Shown here in pieces: positions 39,838-51,208 of a stretch of DNA of 64,000 nt. The DNA comes from Gnetum montanum (lineage: Eukaryota > Plantae > Gnetophyta), in the NCBI GenBank assembly GCA_015680685.1, contig MNCI01002923.1, forward strand, positions 1,242,458-1,306,457. Reading direction: 5' to 3'. Positions within the stretch are counted from its first letter, which is position 1. The number at the start of each line of letters is the position of its first letter. A model generated the notes under the pieces. The model saw nothing but the letters and a program-made list of their open reading frames with translations. It was not told the DNA's origin and did no database searches. The position numbers and the translations under genes are program-made.

Positions 39838-42800
39838 ATGGCACCCAAAGGTGAACGCAAACACCAAGGACTCGCTAAGTAGAAGAGGTGAAGGATACTC
39901 TGGGATGCCTGTCTCAGGAGCATGTTGAAGTGCGGGAGGAGACTCCGTCTGCTTGATAAGTTGCTATGCTGCCCTTCTTTTTCAAGCTATAGTAATAATT
40001 ATTGCAATGAAATCTGCGTCTTTTGCTATTATTTTGGATTTTGTTTTGGCCGCTATGTCATCACCATTGCTGGTTGGCAACAATGACTATACAATCATTA
40101 TGCTATAGCTGCATGTGATATCGCCTCGACCACCATTGTTACAACTACCTTGTCAAGGGGATTTGGGTGATTCAAAATAGCTTAGCACAAGGTTAGCATA
40201 GCGTACCACCCTTAAGAGGGTTTAGCTATCTGCGAGATTTGACAATGTGACACATGTTTAACGTAGTGTAACGCAAGTTATATTGTACTACAGAAGTATG
40301 ATTGAGATAGTTGTAGCACAGTGAATTCTTTCCTTTTTGAATTTTGTAATGTTTTTATTGTGCTATGTTGCTATGTCATAAGGTCTTTCGGTTGGCCACA
40401 TTGCTACGCTATTGAATTTGCAACATCGCTATGTTGCTGGGTTTGCTTCTATTAAGTTTGCTATGTTACCATGCTTGTCATAGTAATGTGTCAATTACAT
40501 TGTTGTATTATTGTACATCTGTCTATTCCTGTTCATTTGCTATGTTACGTGTCATCTAAGTGTTGTTGCATTGTGTGAGTTTTGGTCACTATGCTACGTT
40601 GCGAGGCTTGTTTTATTGTTGTTTGTTTTTTTTAAAAGATTTTTGTGACTACGAGATCATGCTACACCACATGCAACAAAAATGTCATGCTACGCTATAT
40701 GTAATCAGAGGGTTATGCTATGCTACGTCTAAACATCACTTATACACAGTGCTAACATCTAATGCTTCATTATGCAGGGTCATGCTGAAGCCCATCCTAA
40801 TTGTCCTAGAGATTGTGGGAGTTCTATCATGCCTTAGCGAACCAGTGGCCAATGTCCCTCCTCCCCATGCACATGTGGAGTAGCAGACGATCTGGTTCCA
40901 AGAGGGCACATAGGATTTCTTACAGTTCCTGCTCCACCATTTTAGTGTGATTGTTTGGTCACACTTATCAGCGAAGACCGCAGCTATAGTCACAGAAACC
41001 TTATTGCCTAGGGCAAATAGGTGAATTCTAAAATTTTTAACTAATGGGTCAATCGGGGGCGAGCAGGTAGAAGGTTCCAACCGGCATCCAAAAAGCTTCA
41101 AATTCTTAAGTTGGATCTGGGAGATGCCTGAATATAAGTGCTATCACTTATACAACATGCTATTCGTCGCTCGTCACATGGGCACCTACTTTTAGAACCC
41201 ACCTGGAACCATTTATTATGCCAACGGGTGAGTTTTATGAAGGTATTTTGTTGCATTGTGTAATCCATGCTACGCTAAACATAGGTATTAACAATGTAAA
41301 TATACATGCTTTTTGTGTGTTTCTAGGTTCTTTATTGATAAGAGTGGTCTCCACGGTGAAACAGACGCCTTACCGTTGGCACAGATGACCCTACGGGAGT
41401 TTTCCTCTATTGGGAATGTGTGCACTAGTATGATAGGCCAATTTTTGGGTGAGTTCAGAACCTATCCAACTTGGTAATCCAGATTTTATGGGAAGTATAA
41501 AGAAGCCGATTGGTTGGATAGGGAATGGGCATCCCTTAGGTCGCTCACTATTGAAGACATGTAGGTGGATCTCCCACCATTTCCCACACCATTTAAACCT
41601 ATACGCTAAACCATGAATTCACTATTACATGTTCGAGTGATGTTCATTTTTTGCTAACCCCTTTTTTTAATTTTTTATTTTGCAAACCATTTCAATGGCG
41701 AAGAAGTCCTAAGAGGTGACTGTGATTACCTCTGGGCACAACAAAACCAACCTCTTTTTTAAGTACGGAGAGGTGGAGGAGACCTAGTGTTGACTCTACA
41801 ATGGGGCCCCAGCCACACTTATCCACAACCTTCAGGAGGTCGGGCTCATGGATTTATTTTTGGTTGTTAACCTAAACGTTCCACCTACCAAAATTATTTT
41901 CCTAGCTGAATCCTTCTCTAAAAAAGTGGATCACTTCCACACATGTGTTCATGATGTGCGAGTGGTGTTTGACATCAATGACCAATTGTTAGCTAATCTT
42001 TTCAGTTTCCCTTCTGATGGTCTCCCCGTAGGAGAAAAATCTAAAAAGAGGCAAGCCATCAGGGGGACATTGAAAAGTGGCTAGGGGTGGTAAAGGACCG
42101 AAAGGGAATCTACATTGAGAAGGTCAGGCTATGGGTGGCCAAAATAGTTTACCTTGTCTTCCGTGCCCATGCCTTCCCCAAGCTACTCTCCCAAGGAAAA
42201 ATCATTGGAATTGAGCAAGCATGGATAATGAAGGGCATCATGGAAGAGGGACCCATTATAATTGGACAAAACACCTTTGCAAAGGCATGCAGGCTGAAAT
42301 GGTCAAGCTTCGTGAGAAGCTTAAGTCTCGTTTCAACATGCACCATGTCTTCTTCATACCTTGCTTGTGGTGTTTTGCAGAATTCTTGGTAGTCCACAAG
42401 AATGAGGTCTAGGTACTATAATTTTGTAACTAGATTTCCAAACCGTGGATCTACCAAGTCTTCCATACCACCTGATCTCAGGACCCCCCAAAAGCTATTG
42501 GGAAGTCATTTTTTATGACAACCAAGGATCAGGTGGCATGCAACTTTTGTGCCCAGGACAGCTTGGGAGAGGCATCCCCCACTACCACCAGCAATGTGAC
42601 AAGGGAAGAACACCTCAATGCAAAGACTATGACAACTAAGCTACAACATAAGAGGTCTCTTCTGGCCAAGGAGCTCCCTGGTACAAATGAGGAAAGAGGG
42701 AAGAAGTTGTGACTCAAACTTCATAGAGTGTAGCATACAATTGGTAAGTGTTTTTATTTTTTTTATTTTTGTGGTTAACATTCGCTATGCTATGCTACAC

Positions 42801-44591
42801 TAGCTAGCATTGCACATCGTAGCATCTTCTTCAAGTTGGTGTTATTTGTTAACTACGACTATGCTTTATTGGCAGAAGAAGAAGAGGAAGAAGGGGAAGA
42901 AGAGGTGGTGGCCCCTACAACAGGGTTGACTAGCGAAAACAAAGGGGCTCTGGCCATAGAGGAAAGGGCCTCAACCAATGAAGAGGAGGCCCCTGCTATA
43001 GAAGAAAGGGCCTCGGCTGGTGAGGAGGAGGTCCCTGTTAATAAAGAGGAGGCCCCTACTAATGAAGAGGAAAGGGGCCCAATCACTGAGGAAGAGGCTC
43101 TCGACGATTAGGAAGAGGCCCTTGCTAAAGACCCTTTCACAGAGAGTAATTTGGTACTAGAGGGGCACATGAGTATCAAGGATGCTACTATGTTGTTGGG
43201 TCAGTTGGAAGGAGAGGGGCACCATTTTGATGCTAGTGAGTTTAACCGCATATTTGATAGTGTACCAATGGATGACCCTCCCCTATCACCCCTAAGGGTT
43301 TGCTGGGTAGGAGCTTTACACTATCATTTACGTTATTCATCGACTCTATCATGGTTCTCTCCACTTTAGCTAACATGTTTTACCATGCAACTGATACCAC
43401 TATTGATACCTTCGACCCATCCTTAGTTCACCTGCGACCATGGATCGAAACCCCCGATAAATTTACTTTCATGGAGGGGGTGGTCGACGACATGATCGAC
43501 CATCTAAAGCAAATCAACCCAAAAGTGGGTAAGTTAGAATTGCTATGCTAGACTCTTTAAATTGTTGTTGCTTCACTATGCCATTGTGACTAATTCCTTT
43601 CTATGTGCGGTCGACAGCCTCTTGTCTTAAGTGGAACCCTAAGCAAGTCGTTGAGGTCGACATCATGCCTGAATTTCCATCAGAGGTGACCGAAGTACCT
43701 TGTCGCATATACAATGAAGCAAGCCAATGTGCACTATACTCAGCATGCTCCTTGTGGGAATGTAGGCGGGTGAACGAAGGCCTCTAGAAATGAGTACAGA
43801 GGCTTGAGAAGGAGAAGACTAACCTAACTACCGAGGTGGGAGATCTCCATTCCAAGAACGAATTCCTGTTGACCCGAGACACCAACGATGATAGTTAGTG
43901 CACAACCATCATCAATTATGCAAGGTATTGGATGGCCGTGCAATGCAATAATGAGGCCACCCATGAAATACTAGAATAGCATATGTAAATGGACCTATTA
44001 GCTTAGAAGAACCAAAACTAGAAAGACTATAGTGCAAAGATTTACAAGTGGGGGGCAGGCATAGAAAAACCACAAACATATGTATAAACTAGAACGTGCC
44101 ACCTACCATAAATAATACTAGGATGCCTCTGTCAAGTTACATACCTGCAAGATATTCCTTGACATTATTGGTGCTTCTGGGACTTACAATAGGTTCATGC
44201 AACAAGTGATAGTGAGTAAAACTCCCAAAAGGGAAGTGACACTTCCCGCGGGTAAAATCGTTGCTGCCACCTTTTTTCCAGGACCACCAAGATCGACATC
44301 CATAGAAAAGGAGAAAGTTACAGCAAGAACTAACCTGGGAGACAAGAATTGGGCCAATATTATGAAAGAGGAGATCTTGTAATGCTTAAGAGCAAGCATA
44401 GATTGGATACCCCCTAAAATGGATGCAAGGCCATCTTGGGTCAATCATTTCTTGGCGTTGTGATCATTTATTTTATTTGAGTCTTTATTGTAGCTTTTAA
44501 TTGACTATTTCATTTTCCTGTGATACAGAATCCAGATGAAAATGCAATACCTAATGCAGCAGGGGACGATGGGGTTGGCGAAGGGTCATAG
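39838..44591 (+). pseudogene. Antisense multi-exon gene inside element B (homolog of 11573-16081), decayed
   Basis: Exons 39838-39955, 40778-41227, 41327-~41605, ~41690-42743, 42876-~43290, ~43390-43528, ~43618-44440 and a possible last exon 44529-44591. Branch/acceptor GCTAAC...TGCAG and donors GTGAGT/GTAAGT. The same intron positions as in A. Confidence 0.75.
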
Positions 44592-44783
44592 CACAGCAGC
44601 CAATAATTTTATTTGGATTTTCATAAAGAATGTTGCAAACATTATTAATTAATTTTTTTAATGAATGAAAAAAGATGGAATATGAAGAGGTTTATTTTAT
44701 TTTGGCTTTATGTGTTGTATTTATTCTTATGTTATTCTTTACCTTTTCTTTTTATCAATTAAACTCCTTGGGAGCATCTTGTT

Positions 44784-45049
44784 TTAGTTTTAGGCCATTT
44801 CGAGCTGTAACAACAGTTTAAAGCTGTTCCGGGCTGTTGCTAGTTTTAGGACATTTCGGGCCGTTGGTAGTTTTAGGCCATTTTGGGCCACCGGTAGTTT
44901 TAGGTCATTTTGGGCCATCGATAGTTTTAGGCCATTTTGGGCCATCAATAGTTTTAGGCCATTTTGGGCCACCAGTAGTTTTAGGTCATTTCAAGCCACT
45001 GGATGTTAGTAAAGAAAACATTTTGCCAGTTTTAGGCCTTAGCGGGCCA
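44784..45049 (+). repeat. 27-bp tandem repeat (GTAGTTTTAGGCCATTTTGGGCCACCG), about 8-9 copies
   Basis: Read directly. It generates the spurious LVVLGHFGP-repeat ORFs. Confidence 0.9.
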
Positions 45050-45223
45050 TGATGTGATGTAAATAGCAGATATGATGTGATCAATTTAAAGAATGCAAAA
45101 TGAGTTAGACCCTTAGTGTAACCAAACGAATATGAAACAAATAAAGAATAATCATATAATAAGCATTAATCATGTTGGAGCAGTGGAGTAGTTATGCTAC
45201 ATAGGTAGCGATCATTCTCATAG

Positions 45224-48200
45224 CTACTTTCTAACCCATCTTGGGCTCGATGATGCGTAAGGCCAAGGAGCTTTGTTGCGGTATACTTCTATGTCGTTTT
45301 CTACCACTTGAAAAACTAACTCAGCCCATGTAGTTTCATTTTTCGAGCTGGCATTTTGGGCTAGCTCATTTTCCAAACAAGTAATCTTAGTGGGGATAGG
45401 CATTTCATTCTCAAAGGTTACTACTTCGGAACCTTGCTCCATGTTAACATTATTTATCACTTGGGTTGCCACTTCATCACCGTGGATCACCACCTCCCTG
45501 CCCGCATAAGGTAGGTGGATCTCTTAATGTATGGATGAAGAGATGGCCCTGAGTTGGGCTAACCATGACCTCCCCAAGATCAAGTTAAACCCAGGCATCT
45601 CTTCTACTACAATGAATGTTGCACTTATGGGGAACTAGTCCCCTACCACAAACTTAATGTGGACAGTCCCTTTTACCACCACACACACTCTGTTGAATGA
45701 CTTCAAATATGAAGCTTTCATGGATTTGATTTGGTCCACCAAACCCAGTTTGTACACTATGGAGAATGGGATGACATTTGTAGCAGCCTTTTCATCGATG
45801 TGTACTCTTCGGATCTTGTGTTGACCAACTTGAATTATGATGAACAGGGGCGTTGTTGTGGCCTAGCCCTTCTCAGGGTCATCCTTGATGGACTCATCAC
45901 GAAATGTCAACTGAGCTTGCTATGGTTCTTCAGGTGTAGAAGGAAGCATAACTGCATGGATCGCTTTCTCCTCTATTGGCATGTTTTCATCAATGGGTAT
46001 GGATGTTAATATGCGAACCAAGGCTTAATGGTGTATAGTGGAGGTTATTATCAGGTCGTATAGGCTCAAAGTTGTATTCTTTTGTTTTAGAGCTTATTTG
46101 ACCTGAGTAAGAGCATTTAAAAGGTCTTGTCCACTTTCTTGTTGTTTACCACCTTTCTCCTCCTCTATTCATCCTAGAAGACGAATTTCTTGAGGAGGAG
46201 TAATTTCAGGTTTGAGGCTAGACCTTTTTGGGTGGGATGGCAATGATTGTGTGTGTGTAGTGGTGTCAACGATTGATGATGAGGGGGGCATAGACACGGA
46301 GGATGAGGGTGTAGGCTTGGAGGGACTTGGGGTGGTATGCTCCTTGGCTGTTTCATCCGTCAAACGCTCTTCCCATTTTTTCAAACGGGAAGGCTGTGAT
46401 GCTGTCTTGGCCCCCTAATGAAAAATGATGTTTGTGGTGTTATTGCGGGCAACGATGCAGTTTTGAATATGAAGGGTGTAGGGGCGAATGCCTGAGGAGG
46501 AACCTTGAGAAAAAATGGCTGTTGCAGTGTCTTTTTTTCCATTGTTGGTGTCGGTACGCTACATTGAGGTGCACGAACCAAAAATGGCTACTATGGCGGT
46601 TCTGGATTACTATCTATGTTAATCATGTTGATAATGTACCTTACATCGTTAGCATTGAGGGGGTCCTTGTAAACGTGCATGGATTAATTTTCAAGGTGGA
46701 TGGGAATGCTTTCATCTAGAACCAAATTTCCCTGATCAATCATCCATTGGATGTCATATTTTAGTGCTAAACAATAACCCATGTTGTGATCACAAAGTTG
46801 ATGGTAGTCATAGAACCGCTCTAGCTTGAAGTTCTTAGGAACTAGCAGCTCATTGGGCATAGCCAAGGATGGGTTCCTAAGGAGCTCATAGTACGGTTGA
46901 TACCGTTTGGTTGCCTCCTCAGACATCCTCTTATGTTGGATGTACCAAACCCCCAATAATTACTTCAGAAGTTCTGAGGGCTTGATGGGCAATGGGATGT
47001 ACTTGGAGTGATATTTATGCTTGAAGTTGGGTTTAGGCTAGGTTGATGCCTCTAGTGCCGATGTGGAGGGTTGGGCAATGTTACTTGAACTGGGCATGGG
47101 GTTGGTTATCGTTGTGGTCGCCTTTTTGTTATTGTTGCTATTGGGCTTTGCCTCGTTTGCCACAGCGGCCACCATGGCCATTACGGTTTTACCCTTCTCT
47201 TTGTATTTTTTGGTATATGCATTTTTGTACGCAACATAGGCTAGGTCCTTACTGGCCTCGGCCGCATCTTGGATGTTCTTTGTCTAAGTGAAAGCTTGAC
47301 TAAGAGAGCATGGGGCTAGGTAATACAACTTGGATTTGATGAAATCATTTACCACCCCCTTGAAGATGGCTAGCAAATGGGCCTCCGTGATGGGCTCACG
47401 GATCTCATTTAAGATGGCGCTCCACCGTTGTATAAACTTTTGTACCGACTCCAGCTGGTCTTGCTTAACGCCCATCAACTGATCCTGCGTGACTTTGGGC
47501 TTCAAGTTATACTTGAAGTGGGTTATGAACTGGGTTCCTAGCTCCTCCAGTGTTGAGATGAAGACATGCGAGAGCGCATGGTACTAGTATAGAGCTTTTC
47601 CTATCAGAGACATAGCAAAGACACGAATAATGGTATGTGGCCACTGTTGCAACAAGAAAGATTCAGATCTAAATGTGACCAAATGTGCATTAGGATCACC
47701 CTCCCCGTTGTATCTTGTGAAGTGGGAAAGTGGCATCCCAGGGGGTAATGTGAGCATGGGAATAGCTAACTGATGGGGTCATCATGGTAGAAATACATGA
47801 CCTACATTGTGTCAGAACCGACAACTTTGAGACGCTTGATCTCTTTAGAGAGGATCTAGATAAGTTGGAATGCTTGATCTAGACCCGAAGATGAGGTAGA
47901 CAGTTGTGGGGTTGCAGGGGCAGCCATCATTGGTGGCATAGTAAGGACAGCAACCTAGCTCATAGGAGGTGTCGTTGGGGCTTTCCTTGCAAAAGGTGTT
48001 ACCTGTGAGGCCCACCACCAAGTGGGTGATGCTATTGGGGTGACAGCCACTAGTGGTGTTGTAGGGTTAGTCATTTGCGAGACTGATGGGGCGAACCACA
48101 GTCCCGCACTTGGTTGTGACACCTGCAGGACTTGATACGCTTAGTGGTAAGGGTAATGTGACATATGAGATGTTTATGAAGTAGGGAGCAAAGTGTTTAG

Positions 48201-48917
48201 GGTCCACAACATGGTTGGGGCTGGGCCTATCGCTGATGGTGGAACGAGTGTAGATTATGGAATAGGAACAGAGGCTCCATGCAGCTGTGAGGTAGACGCG
48301 GTGTGCACATAGGGTAGGGTGGGTGTAATCGGTGCTTGGTACTAGGACAAGACAGAATGAGGAGGGAGAGTGCCTATGAATAAAATTGGGGAAGGAGCAT
48401 GTTGATACACTGAGGGTGCGAGATGGCTACCCATGGCTAATGAAAAAATATATTGCAGAGAAGTCGTTGTGGTCGTAAAAGAGGCAAACGCAAAAAGTGG
48501 GTTTGACTTGAAGACCGTGGTAGGAGGGATGGTCGCAAGGTAAGTCTAGCCACCATTCTCGAATTGGGAATCTAGGTCTTCTTATCCATCCTAGAATGCT
48601 TCATTGTAATGGGATGTTTTGTCCCACTCCCTAGACTTACTGACTCGTATCAACTACTCTAAAATCCACTAATACGTTTCTGCCAAGGGGATGATAACGT
48701 TAAGGGTAGCAATAAATTCTCTCCCATTCCAATGAAGGAACTCAAATTTGCACTTGTCCTCAAGCTCTTGGCAATCTAGGGGAAAATTTTCTTAGATCTT
48801 TACTCAAAGGAAGTCATAATGTTCTGTATCTTGGGCCAAGAACTTAGGTGACATATGTTAGATCCTAAGGGACTAGCATGGCGCCAGCATTGGGCTAGGT
48901 GGCCACTCGGCACCCAT
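45224..48917 (-). pseudogene. gag: Element B gag-protease (decayed)
   Basis: YNGEGDPNAHL gag core, FYDYHQLCDHNMGYC knuckle, VHIDEKAATNVIP...LILGRSWL protease. Ends with a stop at 45224. Confidence 0.85.
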
Positions 48918-49228
48918 GGTGCTTTGTGCCGAGAAAGGAGCCTCAAAGCTCAAGGTAGGAACAGCGGTTGTTGGAGGAATCATCTTGAGTAAAATAAAAA
49001 TAAAAATTGCAAATAGGGAACAAGGAAATGAATAGGTGATCAGAGGCTTTTGTCCTACCGAGTTCCAAAAGAACCGTCGTTGCGACTAGTCTACACCACA
49101 TGATGTATAAACAACCACAAAAGGGTGTCACATTTACACTAGTGTGTGACAGGGTACAGAGAGCATGCAAGACTACCCATAATACATAGAAAGGACACTA
49201 AAAAGGCCCTCCTTCTAGCGCCAAAAAT

Positions 49229-51097
49229 TGTAGTGACGGAAAACTTTGGTGGCTAGAACACCGAGAGGTTGTCGGGTGAACAGTTTAACCCCAGATTCGT
49301 GCAAGGGTTGTGCTAGAGAGAAATAGAAATGGGGTGCCCTGAACGGTCTAGTCGATCAGATAGGGACTTAAGCAGTATATCTTAACCTTTCATGAACGTT
49401 TTTTTCATAAGCAAGACACGCGAAGTAAATCGATGATCGACAAATGTAAAGCAGTTAAAATAATGCAAAACAACGATGACAGTAAACAAATAACAAAATG
49501 GATTTGGATGAGAGAATGCACCACCCAAAGATCATAGATTTGATCCTTTTCCTTATTTAAAAAGTGTACAATAGGTTGTGCAAGACTGGAGAAACACTGC
49601 TTACATTGAAAAGTATGGTCACAGGTCTTCTACTTGCTACTTTGTTTATTGAGATGCAAAAATGCTCGACTCACAAAGGGATGTTTGGAGCCAACCAAAG
49701 AGCTCAAAGGTAAACAGAATGCTTAAAAATGCCAACTACGCTCTTTGAAAGCCAACTTAAAAGCCAACTACGTCAAAAAGCCAATCTTTTCTGCCAACAA
49801 GCCAACCGAGAAGCCAACCTCTCGAACGTTGTTTGCTGGGGTATTTATAGGGCCAGGAGCAGGAGAGAAATGTGGTCTAGACACCATGTGTCCTGGGCCC
49901 TACAAGGTGCTAATATGCCTGTACTGTGTAGGTATGCGAAGCTAGATGTAAACTTTGTTACGATGTTACCATACTACTGAGACTACATGTGTAGAAATCC
50001 AGTGTGCTAACAATGTAAGTAAAGTGGAGCCTATGCTCCAGGACTATGTCTTCCCTTCTCTTACAAGAAGGTTCAAGCATAGGAATAATTTTTTTGGGAG
50101 TTGACCTAGGGGGTGCAAAATGGAGTGGAATTGCCGATTTTGCCAAGGAGATGCTGAAGTGAGAAAAACTGTTGCCAATAAGTTCTAGAGCTTCCTGAAG
50201 ATGTCTTAATGCTTCTGTGCCAGTGTTGCACTACTCACACTATTGAACAGATTAGTGAAGCTTAAGTAGCTGCTTGCTACACTATGCTATGCTACGTAGC
50301 ATAGCATAGCATAGCCACTAGGTTTGACAAAAATTTGTGTAGGAGCCAAAGAGCGTTTATCTGAGGCTTAGTCATGCTAACAACTACAACTTTTATCCTT
50401 CATGCTAGGGAGCTTTTGAACTCGCTGAACTCACGTTTAAAACACTTTTGCTATTTTTTCATTATTACCACGCTATGCTACGCTATGTAGCATAACACAG
50501 CATAGCAGCCAACGTACCTTGCTTCTTTGTTCAATCCATCATTTTCTAGCAAGAAACTTTGCTCGAGGCCTAAGGACTAAGCGGGGAAACTAGTTTTGGA
50601 GGCCGAAGCATTTCCAAGTGTAATTTTCTTATTGAAATCACTTGTCAAGATGGGCCTTTCTGCTTTGCCTTTGCTACGCTACATAGCATAGCATAGTGTA
50701 GCACTTTGCGTTGACTCAATCCTGACTTGTCTTGCAATCATTCTGTCACTTCGCATTTGGACGCTTGAGCAGCTATCTTTCAAGGCTTGCTATGCTGCAT
50801 AGCATAGTGTAGTGTAGTAGACTTCTTCACTAGAAAACTTGCCGAACTATTTTGCTCATCCCAAACACTTTTGACAACTCCTAGCATGGTCTCTGGGTAG
50901 ACTGTCAGTCGAGTCAATTATCCAGTTGGGCAGGCTAGAGAGTCTGATGAGCCTATTAGCTCTGGAGATAGAAAACTTGCTAGACTAGATAGTGTACCCT
51001 CAATGTGAACCATCATGATGCTACACTTATGGAATTCTTTGCCTAAATCCCAAGACTCTGCTGAAGCATGAGGGTCCTGAAATTTTATAGTGTTTCA
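49229..51097 (-). repeat. Element B 5' LTR
   Basis: TGAAACAC...CACTACA on the minus strand, with the PBS 5 nt downstream. Confidence 0.92.
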
Positions 51098-51208
51098 AGT
51101 GCTAGTTATTTAGATTAATTACATCATCCAAGATCATTGTAATGAAGCCTTGACGATATATCTTTTAGAAAGAATAATTGAAAATAAATCACATATAAAT
51201 TCACAACA

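Larger units (their letters stand above)
32007..51097 (-). mobile_element. Element B: Ty3/gypsy Tat (Ogre-like) LTR retrotransposon, full-length but decayed
   Basis: LTRs at 49229-51097 (5') and 32007-33839 (3'). TSD AGTGT (32002-32006) versus AGTGC (51098-51102). PBS TGGCGCTAGAAGGAGGG at 49207-49223. PPT AAAGAGGGG near 33844-33852. Domain order is gag-PR ... RT-RH-aRH-INT. Confidence 0.93.

Noticed and set aside
44790-45052. Repeat-protein ORFs (MAQNGLKL / LVVLGHFGP)
   Set aside because: By-products of the 27-bp tandem repeat.
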